From NCBI RefSeq assembly GCF_009914755.1, contig NC_060926.1: 64,000 nt of DNA; one strand, 5' to 3'. The position numbers were made by a program, and so were the translations under genes. Source of the DNA: the human T2T-CHM13v2.0 reference genome, Homo sapiens. The stretch's first letter is position 1, and each line of letters starts with the position of its first letter. The notes below the pieces were generated by a model. The model worked only from the letters and a program-made list of their open reading frames with translations, ran no database searches and had not been told where the DNA came from. Shown in pieces: positions 32,346 to 45,351 of this stretch.

Positions 32346-33325
32346 GTATGCCTTTATGACAACACCACCATACAAACTCATGCCTTTCTAATTCTCATAC
32401 TTCGGTTATGACATGGTTTACTGAGTGTCTGGTTGTGCCCAGGCCTGTGCCCAATCAACCCGTCTATACCTTAGGAAGCTGGAGTCCTTATACACATAGA
32501 ATAATTTGGTTTGCCTCACGTCCTACATGAACTGGAAGAAAAATAGCCTTTTTAAGCCCGTATTTCAGTTTTCAGTTTTCATGGCACTCTGATGGGGAAT
32601 GAAGGGGATGAAAAGGGGCACACCGACCTGCTTCCCAGGCTTCCAGCTGTGTCCATGAGGTAGTGGGCTGAAAGGAAATCCACGGCGCTATTATGGTATA
32701 ATTTTAACAAGAAAAACACCTTTTTAAAGTTCATCTGTGCTGCCTTTATACAGAAAGCAGCGCTGAGGTTCCTGGAACCCCATTTGTGATAGGAGCCATT
32801 TGGGATCGCTTCATTGCAGGCATTCATCTTTCCTCTAGTGTATTTTTATCTTCTCTCAGGATTGTCCACAGAACTTGGACTGCAGATTCGTTAGGCAGGG
32901 ACTGGGGCTGCTTTAAGTCAACATAAAATTCTGTCATATTGTCAGTGCTCATTACGTCTTCTATAACATATTGTACTTAGGGTCTTTTGGTTTTCAAATA
33001 TACTACCATGCTATTTTTCAGCAGGCAAGCCTGGGCAGATATTTTCTCCATTGGTCTACAGATAATGCTATTTTCCATTTTCTGCCTTGGAAAACGTTGA
33101 CTCTCCAATAACCAACATTTGTGAACTAATTGATTACAAATGTCTATGAGGTCAATGTTTTCCCGATTCAAAGAGCTATCAGCATTTTATTTGATATAAC
33201 TTCCAAAAGAGAATCATTTTAGGAGTACCTGTACTTACTACATTGTATGAGAATTGTCTGTCACACACCCTGATTTCCATGAGCATGAGACCAGAGAGGT
33301 ACTTTTCCCCTACAGTGGTTACAGG

Positions 33326-33411
33326 AGGTTGTACCATATGAAAATGTTTTAAACCATCTAATGTCAACAATTTCGAACATAATGATCGAACAATTACGGT
33401 TCGATCTAATA
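33326..33411. mobile_element. MADE2-like mariner MITE within an L2 3' end
   Basis: Left arm aggttgtaccatatgaaaatg, right arm caatttc[..]acggttcgatctaata; L2 tail resumes at acatagcaagtaacaaataaatatttgttg. Confidence 0.65.
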
Positions 33412-33609
33412 CCACATGTGGAACATAGCAAGTAACAAATAAATATTTGTTGATTGGATGAATAGATGGAATATAGATGTCTAGGTATGCATTTAGCCAA
33501 CTAAAACTTAAAATGGGAGGTGAAACTATTTACCCAGCAGCAGAAAATCACTCTCTTCATATCGGCAGCAAGTGGGCTCTTGTCTTTGGAGACAAAAACA
33601 AATCAATGT

Positions 33610-34130
33610 ATTTTTGCTGCTTCAATTCATTCACTTGTTCATTCATTGACCCTTTCAGTAATTATTTAGCATCTTATGTGACGGCACCATGCCAGCTGAG
33701 AAAATGCAGAGAGCCCACTGTCAAATGTTGGAGATGGGGCAGTCACCAGTGTTGGCAGCACACAGAGGAAGTACATGCCATGGTAGAATTAGGTCCAGGA
33801 ACCATGAGAATCTAGAGGACAGGCTCCCAAAACCGGCCGGCTGGTGTGGAGGTGACACATAAGCTGAGTTCTGAGAGATCAGTTAGGAGGTATCTGCCAA
33901 GGAAGTTAGGGAAAATAGAAATCCTCCAGAAAGAAGAAACCACTTCTTCAAACACCTAGAGGTGCCACTTCCTGGTGATAGGAAGGTGAGCCCAGACTGA
34001 AGAAGGAGGCAGGAGCCAGGCCAGGAAACTCTTTTAAGGAGTTTGTATTTTATCTTGAGGGAAATGGGGAGGCAGTAAAAGGTATTAAACAAGGCAGTGA
34101 CCTATTCAGCTTTATGTATTAGTACAGATC
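33610..34130 (-). mobile_element. L2 fragment
   Basis: ttcattcacttgttcattcatt..ttatttagcatctta; aaggagtttgtattttatcttgagggaaatgggg. Confidence 0.7.
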
Positions 34131-35299
34131 ATCTGAAAAATGATTTGAGGATGTTTTTCAACTAAAAAGTGAACTAATGGGAGTTTTTGCTGGTATGGAA
34201 TCAAATTTGTAGCTGATTTTGGTAAGTAGCAATTCTTTCCATCTTTATTATATTGGTCTTTTCATTATGTCAATTATATCTCTAATCATTTTGGAGTGGC
34301 TTTATGTTCCTAAGGATGGTTTCTAATTTGCACATTGTCCTGGGTGGAGGAGTGAGTTCAGATCACCTATACCAGCATTGCTGAAAATAGAAATTCCCTT
34401 TACCAGGACTTCAGCAATAGAAATATGTAATTTTTGTGAAAATTCTTTGTTGTATCTTGCTCTCCTTAAGAACCAGACATGAGCACAGGACCTAGGAAGA
34501 TGTCATCTTGAGTTGCTTACATATTTGCACTGAAAATAAAAAAATCTTCCCTTCCCTCCAACAAGAACCCATTGCCTGAACAATGCTCTAGAAGAGCTAT
34601 TTTCCAGCACACACTCATGTCTCTTCTCCAACACTCAAAGATTAAAGTTAAAAGAGTCGCTGAAAAGCTTTTAAACTGAAAGACAGAAAATAATACTTTC
34701 ATTGCATTATTTTAAGCATTTATTTTTTTCTTGTTGTATCATTTAATTTTTAACGGTCTTTGTTTTTTATGGAAATATTTACATCTGTCTCATTATAAAA
34801 GTGCAATTAAGTTAGCATATATTTAGTAAATACCTACTAGGTAGACAGAATAATGCAGACATGTTGACAGGATGGCCTGGAGTAGAGAAGTTGGAAGGGA
34901 AGTTATGTATTTTGACTGACTTGAATGAGTTACAATAAAATCAGTGTAGTAAGCAGGAAAACAATTCCTTCACTAAGAATTGGCAGATGGGTGGTCAACC
35001 ATTACTTCCAGATAAGTAACTACACAGTCTTGTGAATTTATTCTTTGATTTGTTCAACAAGTAATTACTGATCATTTGCCATGTGCAAGGTATTGTGCCA
35101 TGTGCTGTGGGGGTTAGAAAAGAATCAGAAATGAATACTGATTTCTTTGAGTTAATGGCCTAGTATTACAGATAAATCATACACATACATGTCTCTGGCA
35201 ATAGTCCCTAAAGCCTTTTGATCACTCAACACTATTAGGAAAAATATTTGAACATACAGCCCAATATACTATTTATTATAAATAATTTTATTGCATTTT

Positions 35300-35790
35300 G
35301 TAAATATACTTTTAAAAAGTAAGATACATAACAGTAAAATGATTTGTTTTTTCAACTCAATAGAATATTTTGATTAAAATTTTTTTATTAATACCATTTT
35401 TATTGAGAACAATATGATTGACTATGCTTATTTCTCAAGCATTATTTTAATTATTTGCACTTAGTGATTGAGAATCTGATTTTAATTTCATGTTATTTAA
35501 TAGTTTTTAAAAAAATATTGTAGCTGAAAAGTTTTCTTTATAGGAACACATAAATCAAAATGGAAGAAATGCATCCTTGGCTTTTCTTTAAATATTGATG
35601 CACGTATTTTAGTCCCAATTACCAATTATGTAAAATTTTCTTTTTCCATTTTTTGCTTTTGAATTTGGCTTATAAATGTCAGCCTTTCCTGATGTCAATC
35701 AATTGTTACTGCAAACTCATCTGAAGATGTGACATTTTTTATCTATTTTAAAAATGAGTTTGAAATCCCCTAAAACTCTTCATTAGGAAG
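35300..35790 (-). mobile_element. hAT-Charlie transposase remnant (Charlie7-like)
   Basis: Minus strand reads ttgcagtaacaattgattgacatcagg..acataattgg..cttccattt..ttttcagcta, resembling a Charlie transposase 3' region. Confidence 0.55.
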
Positions 35791-35799
35791 TACTGCCTA

Positions 35800-37829
35800 G
35801 CCCTGCTATTCAGCATTATACTGCTAGTCCTAGCCAGAAAAATTAGGCAAGAAAAGGAAAGAGAAACAAAAATAATCCAATTTGGAAAGGAAGTAAAATG
35901 ATCTCTATTTGCAGATGACACGTTCTCTATAAGAAAATCCCAAAGAATATGCACACACACGCACACACACACACAAACCTACTAGAACTAAGTTTAGCAA
36001 AGTTTCAGGGTATAAGGTCAACACACCAAAATCATTTGCATTTCTATTTGCCAACAATGAACAATTCAAAAAGGAAATTAAGAAAAAAATTATTTACACT
36101 AATATTGAAAGAATAAAATACCCAGAAATAAATTTTAGAGAAGTGAAAGACTTGTACACTGAAAACTATAAAACATTTCTGAAATAAATTAAAGAGGAAA
36201 TAAGTAAAAAGATAATCTATATTTATGAATTAGAGCACTTAATATTGTAAAGAAACTACTCCCTAAAAAAGATCTACAGAATCAATATAATCCCCATCAA
36301 TGGCCTTTTTTCCCCTGAAATGACAAAGCTAATTCTCAAATTCATATGGAATTTCAAGGTGCTCCAAATAGCCAAAACAATATTAAAACAAAATAAAAAC
36401 AAAATTGGAGGCCTCACAAATTTTCAGTTTCAAAACTTACCACAAAGCTGTGGTAATCAACACAGCATAGCACAGCCATAAGTATAGGCATATAGGCCAA
36501 TGTAACAGAATGAGAATCCAGAAACAAACCCAAACATCTATGGCCAATTGATTTTCAGCAACGTTGCCAAGACCCTTCAACAAGGAAAGAATAGACTCTT
36601 AAATAATTGGTGCTAGGATAACTAAAAAACCATATGCAAAAGAAGAAATTTGGACTCCTTTCTTCACTCCAAATATAAAAATTAACTCAAAATTAATCAA
36701 TGACCTAAGTATAAGAGCTAAAACAACAAAGCTGGTACAAATAACACAGGGATAAATGTTCATGGCTTCTTGTTTGGCAATGGATTCTTAGATTTGGCAT
36801 CAAAAGCTTAAGCAACAAAAGAAAAAGACAAATTGGATTAATAAAAATTAAAAATATTTGTGCCTCCAAATACATTATCAAGAAAGTGAAAAGACATTCT
36901 ACAGAATGGTGGAAAATGTCTGCAAATCATATATCTGATATAAAGGTCTAGTATCCAGATTATATAAAGAATTCTTATAATTTAACAATAAAAAGAAAAA
37001 CAATCTCCCACATGGACAAAGACTGGAGTAGATATTTCTCCAAAGAAAATATGAACACGTCCGACCAGTACATGAAAAGAGATTCAACAGCACCAGCCAA
37101 AACCACGAGAACCATTTCACGTCCACTAGCATGAGTATTAAAAAAAAGAAAGAAAGGAAAATAACAAGTGTTGACAGGGATGTGGAGAAATTGGAATCCT
37201 TGTTCTTTGCTGGTGGGAATGTAAAATGGTGCAGTTACTGTGGAAAACAATTTGGTGGTTCTTCGAAATTTAAACTTAGAATTATTGTATGATCAGCCAT
37301 TCTACCCCTAAGTATGTACCCTAGAGACTGGATAACAGGTATTTAAACAATATCAAAAAACTTTTCCACAAGTGCTTATAACAGTTGTATTCACAAGGTA
37401 GAAATAACGCAAATGTCCATCACTGAATAAAAGGAGAAACAAATTGTGGTATCTATATACAACTAATCGATCCTAAAAAGGTATGGAGTGCTGATTCATG
37501 CTACAACTTGGATAAACCTCAAAAACATTATGCTAAGTGAAAGAGGCCAGACCACAAAATGTTACACATTGTATGACTCCTTTTATATGGGTTATCCAGA
37601 ATAGGAAACTTGATAAAGAAAGTAGATTGATGGTTTCCAGGGTAGAACAGCAGGGAATGAAGAATGATTGCTTAATAGTTATGGAGTGTTTTTCTGTGGT
37701 AATCAAAGGTTTTGAAACCAGAGAGAGGTAGTGGTTTTACAACATTGTGAATGTGTCAAATACCACTGAATTGTATAATGTCAAATGATTAATTATAGGG
37801 GATGTGAATTTTACCTCAGTTAAAAAAAA
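35800..37829 (+). mobile_element. L1MB-type element, about 2 kb of ORF2 3' part plus 3'UTR
   Basis: RT motif tttgcagatgac (FADD) near 35908; gctggtgggaatgtaaaatggtgcag; L1MB 3'UTR aaaacattatgctaagtgaaaga..acaacattgtgaatgt..gtgaattttacctc; poly-A. Confidence 0.92.
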
Positions 37830-38802
37830 GTACACATGGACATTGTAATAAAAACATATAAGACAGCTATTAAAATTCTTCAGAGAGTTTAGAATCTATG
37901 CTTTTGAAAATTGCTTAACATAGCAAAGCAAATACCTACTGGTCTAGAAATAGAGGTTAAATGCAAAGATTACTATATTTACTTGAGAAAAACACTATTT
38001 TCAAATAAAGCTTCCGATGAACCAGGAATTGATGAGGAAGACAATTTTAAAATGAATTTTCATTGTGATTGTAGCTACAATGATAAAATGGATGAACAGA
38101 TATTTTGAATCACCTACAAATCATAAAGTCACTTTAAGTTTCTTGTATGATCACCACAAGTTGTAGGAAGTACCATTGCATAACCTTATATTTTAAGTTA
38201 ATTTCAGACTTTCCTGAAACTAATTGTATAAAGAGTTAAATCTTTTTAGAAAAAATGTTCTCTAAGAATCATCAACTCCAGATGTACAATTTATATTTTC
38301 AAAAAATATATCAGAATTGTCATAACCTAAGCATACTCTTAATAGTTTCAAGAACAGTTCCATCAGCAGAAAGATTATTCTGAAAATTAAAAACTATCAA
38401 AAATTATTTGTGATCTTGCATTTTTCAAGAGTGACTGATGTCACTTTTAATTATACAGATTGAAAATGAAGTTACAAAAAGTATAAATTCTGATGTCCTA
38501 ATTTGCAGAAAAGCAAGACATAAAAATGTTATGATCAAGGAAGACATCACATTAATCAGTATTATTTATTGTATTAAATAAAATCGTGACACTGAAATAT
38601 TATTTTTTATAATTTTTAAGTTTATAGCATTAATCATGTACTTCTTTTACCCCATCATGTTTTATAATTAACAAACTATTTCTTAGAGAAAAAAGTTTTG
38701 TATTTTATTGCGTTTACCTGATCTTCTTTTATCTTGCTTTTTAAACTGAGGAACCTGTGATAACATTTCACTCTGGGCATCACAAGTTACATATTTGGCC
38801 TC
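37830..38802 (+). mobile_element. Zaphod-like hAT-Tip100 transposon 3' half (decayed transposase)
   Basis: From 38333 it translates ILLIVSRTVPSAERLF*KLKTIKNYL*SCIFQE*LMSLLIIQIENEVTKSIN (hAT dimerisation motif); end catttcactctgggcatcacaagttacatatttggcc resembles the Zaphod terminus. Confidence 0.8.
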
Positions 38803-39201
38803 AAGCATAATGTATGAATTGCAGCTTTTATTAGGAGACCCATGCTTCGAGATTTTTTTTTTTTTTCCTAAGGAAAAATGTTAAGAGGGATGCCCACCTT
38901 CCTTGGCTCAGGCTCTTTGTTCTCCATAGGACCAGTCAAAAATCTTTCAGCAAATACTATTTACCTAGGATTACCTGGACTACTATCTGTACAGCAGGTT
39001 GACAATCTAAAATATTTAAGATATAGTCTCTGAAAAAGTTAAATCACATCAATAGCTAACTGTGAAACTGTGCTCTGGACTTGAAGCTGTATCTGATTCA
39101 GGGGTCAAAGAGAAAGAGAGGGATTTTGTTGCAACCAATTCTTTATATTATATAAAGCTTATTATAAGCATTTGTTACAGTTGTTTTTTCCCATATATTA
39201 T

Positions 39202-39844
39202 TGAAGTGCCGTCTTTGTCTGGGTTAAGTACCAGAGGTTCGTTGTCTCACACTAAGAAAATCAAGGATGTGGACACACAAGTAGTGAGTTTAAGACTGGA
39301 GGTTTAATAGATAAAAGAAAGAGAACAGAGAGTAGCTCTCTCTCCTGCAGAGAAAATGGGGAGCCCAAGTGGGTCTTCCGGTCTGTGGTGAAGTGCAGGA
39401 GGTTTTATAGGCTGGCTTGAGAAGGTGATGTCTGATTTACATAGGGCCCAAAGATTGGTTGGACCAAGTGTGACGTTTACATAGTTTGCAAAGAAGCTGG
39501 CTATGCCACCCTAATCTTTTATTATGCGAATGGATTTTCCACCTGGCCTGCTCCATGTTGTCTGCTCCTCACTGCATATGTGGTTGACAAAGAAAAGGGA
39601 AAATGAAGCTGCCCTGTTGAACATGCCTAACCCCTGTGTAGCCTTTTCCTATTGGCATGGCTGCTGGCATTCACTCACGCAGGCTTCCAACTTGCTTATC
39701 TATGTCTTTAGCTTGATCTTACAGGCTGCTTTGTGTTAGAAAAAAAGTGATTTTAGGGCTGCTTTTTATTAAAAGGAAAACCTTACTGAGGACTTCCTTA
39801 TTCTCACTATCTGCCTGAATAATTTCTTTTTAACTCCTATATCA
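39202..39844 (-). mobile_element. LTR9/LTR9B solo LTR (ERV1, HUERS-P3)
   Basis: Minus strand begins tgatataggagttaaaaagaaattattcaggcagatagtgag..aaaagcagccc..aaagcagcctgtaa; TG..CA ends; 4-bp TSD ttat. Confidence 0.88.
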
Positions 39845-42339
39845 TTATTTTATTTCCTATAGCACAACAGTCATATAAGACTATTGCCCCAATTTTAAGT
39901 TAGAAAATTGATGCTCCAAGAAATCAAAATTGGACCCTCGACGCAGTCAAATGTTTATGCTGATGCCACCAATGGGTATGTAGGTGCAGGCCATCAATCT
40001 GGAAGGAGTAGGACTTTCCCTTTAAATCACTTGCCAAAGCCACTAAGTATACATTAATACATTTGTTCTTTGCCCTTTAGGAAAACTGTTTTCTTGAAAC
40101 AAGGCTACTTATTTTAGCTTTCATAACCCAAAATGAAAGGAAGCACTATGATAAAGTTCTCTATGATAAAGATCTTTCCTGAGATACTCCCTTTTTAAGC
40201 ATTGAACCTTACCTTCCGGCGTTTCCTGTTACTCATCTGTTATATGTCTCTGCCAATTACAGAAGGGTTTTTTTTTCTGTATTCCCTTTTCTTCACTTTC
40301 ACTATTTATTCCCCATTTGTAAACCATCAAAAGTTTGTGCTTGAAGCCATTCGGCTTTCTTTAACTTTTGACATGATTCAGTTCTACAGCCAATTTCCAT
40401 GTCATTCCTCATAGAAAACAAACAAACTGAGCCCAGGACATAAATTTCAGAGTCACTCAGCTGGGGTAGAGGACTGGGAAGGTGTCTGGCTCACAGCTCC
40501 AGGCTGGCAAGGCAAGCACCGGCTGCTCCACACCCTCACACCCCTGGGAGAGGAGTCTTTTCGAAACCCAGGAAGCCACTAACCTACCCAAATGAGAATT
40601 TGTTTTTGGGTAATCACCAACTAACACTTGACATAAACAGCATAGACAGCCCTGAATTAGGCAACCCTGAGTTTGAGTCTTGACCTTGAGAAAGTTGTGG
40701 GCTTTTGCTTTATTAGCTATAAAATGCACATAACAATAGTCTTGACCTAGTAAAAGGCTGTTGGAAAGATTAAAAGAAGAAATGATTAAATGAGATAATG
40801 CCTGGCTTAAGTAAAGTACACATTTGATAAATGTTACCCATTACTATTTATGAAATGCTTCTCTAAGAAATCAATTTCCTATTCTCTTTCAAGTCAATTG
40901 ACTATACCTTTATTTTTAGCCCTTGGGATAAAGCTTACCAAGTCTGGATCAGATAGATTGAACAATGGGTTGCTGGAGATAATCAATAAATCCAGAAAGT
41001 GTTGCTGGGGAAGAAGCTTAACAAAGACCCTCTTCTCACATGGCCATAGACTGGGGGAGTATGCTTATCTGATGAAGGTGACCTCATCTCAGCCTTCCAA
41101 GAACACATTCTTATCCTTTCTCATCTCTGGTGGCAGCCCCCACCACAAACGCCTTGAGACCATAGATTCTCTTTTCTCTCCCCCATCAACTATGAACAGA
41201 CAAAGATCCTAAACTTAAACTGCTGAGAAAGTTTAAAGGGTGGCTCCCCTCCCCAGTTCCGTGCCTTGAATGGAAGCTCAGTGTCAGGACAATAAACTTG
41301 TCATCCTGTTTACATTGGTTTTTCAAGGTTAATGTTGGAGGGAAGGAGGGCTTACTTGAATACCCTCCTTGAATCAGAGCATGTGTATTTGCTTATAAAT
41401 TAACCATGCTAGGCAGAATTCATATCAGTAGCAAACAAGATACTGGGGGACAATAACAGTTATGGATATTTGTCCAGTGCTGGATAAATTCAGATCATTT
41501 TCTGAACACGTTTCATTTTGTTTCCCAACATCGTTTTAGGGCATCTTGATGCAGGAGCGGGACCAAGAATTTGGCTTCAGAAGTTCAGGTTCATATGTCA
41601 GCTCTGTTTAAGCCCCTCTCTGTGCAAGCTCAGGAAAATGGCTTCCCTAATGAAGCCTCAGTTCCTAACCTGGAAAACAGAGGATTTTTAAAAACATCCT
41701 ACTTCACAGGGCTTTTAAGAGATTGGATGGAACAGTCATTGATGACCTGTCTTTCCCCAGAAATCTTCAGTTCAGAAAGTTCAGGCATATTAAAAGATGG
41801 AGTCAAGACAGAATGGGGTCTTCTGACTGAAGGGTCTTCCAGGGCCCTGCTTCAGGGTCCCTGTTCCTGAAACGTTAGCCATACCCTTGGACAGAGCTGG
41901 AACTTGGGCACAACCAGGGACTCTCAGTCTAAAATGAGGTCTCTGGGCACAGAGTTGACAAATTTTGAATTGTGGTAAAATAGTTGATCAGCGCGGCCCC
42001 ATTTTGCCTCCCAAGGGATAATAAAAGAAACCATCACTGCTGACATCTGCATGGGAAGGCAAAGAATGACATTTCTGCTGCGAAGAAATGAACCATCGAA
42101 TGCATTTCAAGACAGTGTGAGGTCAACTGTAATAGTGGTAAAACCTGAGGCCTCACACTAAGATGTCAGTGAAGAAGAACAGATCACCATGAACACAGAG
42201 CTTTAGGTGATGAGAATGTTTCTCTCTCTGAGTGAAACTTACTTGGCAGAAAAATTGCAGAACTCAGGCTCAGTCTTGGCAACTTCAGGGGCCTCCCTAG
42301 TTGGGGCTTAGTCTAACTTTCTCTTTTTCTTATGTTAAA

Positions 42340-44060
42340 ACTATATTATATACATAGAACTTTTCATAGATCTTTGTGTTTTGTGTGAGAGATTCTTCTT
42401 GAGAATATATCTATATATTTTAAAAATAGACCTTAATAAATTTTGTATTTCATATTATCACTATAATAAGCTTCAAGTTATTTTGCTGAGTGTGTTTTTT
42501 CTACGTTCTATTTGTCTTTTTTTTTGAATAAAATTTTTTCTTACCTTTTTTGAATAAATTATTTATTTCATTTCTACTTAAAACATTTGCAAATTAAACA
42601 GTCTATATTTACTAATTAGCCTGTAAATTATAATAATTAAATTGGCACATTAAAAAGTTAATTTACCTTCCTCCTAAACAATATTAGGCTCTTTTTTTTA
42701 TTCCCATCATTCCCCTTCTGAGTATAATTATCAAGATTATTTTAGTTTCTCCTCTTTTTTTAACCCCATGAATCAGATATTTTTATTATGATTATGGTTT
42801 TTGCCATCAATATCTGTTTAGATTTACCCATGTCATTGGTTTTTGTTGTTGTTGTTGTTTTTTTTTTTTTTTTTGAGACAGAGTCTTGCTTTGTCACCCA
42901 GGCTGGAGTGCAGTGGCACAATCCCGGATTTAAGCAATTCTCTTGCCTCAGCCTCCTGAGTGTCTGGGACTACAGACGTGTGTCACCACTCCTAGAAAAT
43001 TTTTGTATTTTTAGTAGAGACGGGGTTTCAACATGTTGGCCAGGCTGGTCTCGAACTCCTGACCTCAGATGATCTGACTGCCTCAGCCTCCCAAAGTGCT
43101 GGGATTACAGGCATGGGCCACCGCTCCTGGCTCCTACATTATTGTTTTTGATCACTATTTCTTCTTCCTTCTAAGACCTTCCTTCTTGGGTTATTTTCTT
43201 TCTTTCTGAAGACCATATTTTTGAATTTGTTTAGCGTGTATATGTGGATAGTAAACATTATTAGGCTTGCTTATATTAGGTCTTAAAATTTTGCTCTTAT
43301 TCTTGAAAGATATTTTGCTGACAGTTATTGTCTCTTAATGGTTTGAAGACACTACTTCCTTGTCTTCTCGTTTCCATTGCCGATGTAGTGAGTTACTGTC
43401 GGTACAATTACCTTTCCTTAGTAGCGAATCTGCTCTTTCTTTCTGATGCTTTTGAATTCTCTTTGTCTTCAGTGGGTTTTGGTTTCATGAGACTATGTCT
43501 AGATAATTTAAATGTATTCTATTTGAGGTATGTTGAGTTGGGCTGCCTGAATTCAGAAGACTCCATGTTTTATCAGTCTTGAAAAATTTGTCACTGTGAC
43601 TTCAAACTTTGCCTCGTCCCCTTTTTCAATGCAAACCTCCCCAAACTCTGATTTTCTTTATGTTGCATCTCCCTCATTCTCTGTCTCTCAGTATTTATTT
43701 GATAGTTTACAGTAGTTTGTTTTGCTGTGCTGCATCATAAATATTCAACCTTCAGCTTATTTATATCCAGTGGTCAACTCACTTTGAATGTTTCAGTGTT
43801 GATTTCTAGAAAAATTATTTAGTTGTTTTTCAAATATGCCTGGTCATTTTTTTTATAATCTCTTAATCCTAAGAGATTCCCTGTTTTATTCTAGCATATA
43901 TGTAAACACTTATACTCCTCCTATGCATTTTAGTGTCTGAATACTTCACAGTATTTAATACATCGTTTGCCGCTTTGGCTGGCTGTCATCATGGTGCCCA
44001 TTTCCTTGTGCATGTCTGTGTTTTGTTTTTGTAGCTTTAGTGTTCTCTGAAAACTGCCAT
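42340..44060 (-). mobile_element. Ancient L1ME-type fragment, interrupted by an Alu
   Basis: T-rich antisense ORF1-like motifs (attcttgaaagatattttgctg, ttgaagacactacttccttgtcttct, gatttctagaa..tttttcaaatatgcctggtcattttt). Confidence 0.65.
42840..43132 (-). mobile_element. AluS with an internal deletion of about 25 bp
   Basis: (TTG)n/poly-T tail; cagtggcacaatc joins cggatttaagcaattctc, so tcggctcactgcaacctccgcc is missing. Confidence 0.92.
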
Positions 44061-44689
44061 GGACCTGGGTTAGATCCCATTGCTTGATGGGAATGGTTGT
44101 TATGAGTGGAATAAGTCAAAAGAAAAAGGCAACATAAAATTGTAGAAAGGCATTCTGTTCTGGGATATGAGCAATATAGTTATGCGTTCTTCTTCTGACT
44201 CCAATTCTCTGTATGATATAATTCTCACTTGGAAAGTAGACTGCCCTTCAAACTAGATTGATATGAAAGATGCTGGAGAAAGAGACCAAGATGAATTCAA
44301 GATTTCTGGCTTGGTCATTGGACAGGTAGTGGTTCCATTCCCTGAGAAGAGATGTGGTCTCATGGCAATGTGAGATGGAGATAATGACTAAGATTGGGAT
44401 ATGATGGATATGACTGTGAAATCTGCAGGTAGAAATGACTGGTATACAGTTTAGTATCTAGATCTAGTGCTCCGTAGTGTGCTCTTTTTGAGAGATTTAA
44501 AAATAGAAGGGAGTAAGTTCAAATTTGCTTAACCCATTTTCTTCATGATCTAGGCAACTTCATCCATTATTTTTCAGCTTTCAAATAAAACACCCAAAAT
44601 ATTTTTCTATGACCCAATCAGAAGTATATACCCATCACATCTAAATTGTCTCTATCATTTTTGTTTTTCTTCTTTGGACAAAAGACATG

Positions 44690-44940
44690 AGAACAGCCTG
44701 GGAAACACGGCAAAACCTCATCTCTCCAAAAAATGCAAAAATTAGCTGGCATGGTGGCATGCACCTGAAATCCCAGCCAACTTCTAAGCCTGAGGTGGGA
44801 GGATCAATTGAGCCTGGGAGGTTGAAGCTGCAGTGAGCTATGATCATGCCACTGCACTCCAGCCTGAGTGACAGAACAAGACCCTGTCTCAACAAAACAA
44901 AACAAAACAAAACAAAACAAAACAACAACAACAAAAACAA
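44690..44940 (+). mobile_element. 5'-truncated AluJ with (AAAAC)n tail
   Basis: gggaggatcaattgagcctgggaggttgaagctgcagtgagctatgatc; direct repeats aaaagac(a/g)tgag at 44680 and 44948. Confidence 0.9.
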
Positions 44941-45351
44941 CCATGAGAAAAGACGTGAGTTTGCCCCTCTCCATATGGGGCTTCCCCCACCAGCATCACT
45001 GTCTCATCTGGGCCATAATATTGCCTCTCTCTGAGCATTAGAGTCCTTCATCAGTACAAGAAGAGATTGGAAGAAATAATCTCTCAGGTACCATTTTCCT
45101 GTAAATTTTTCTGATTCTCAATTTGGTTTGGAGAGAGAATTAGGATTGAAACTAGAAGTAGAACTTTCTATAGAATTCCCCAGCTTTCTTTGTCTCTTGT
45201 TTCCTTCTAAAAGTAAAAGAGCTATAAGCACTGCCCAGCCATTAGAGCAACTCTCCTCTGGCACAGATCGCTAGATCTTAAATGAGAACCAGCAAACAAA
45301 GAATGCAATCCCACCAACAGTGTTGGATTGCATTCTTAATTTGCTGGTTCT

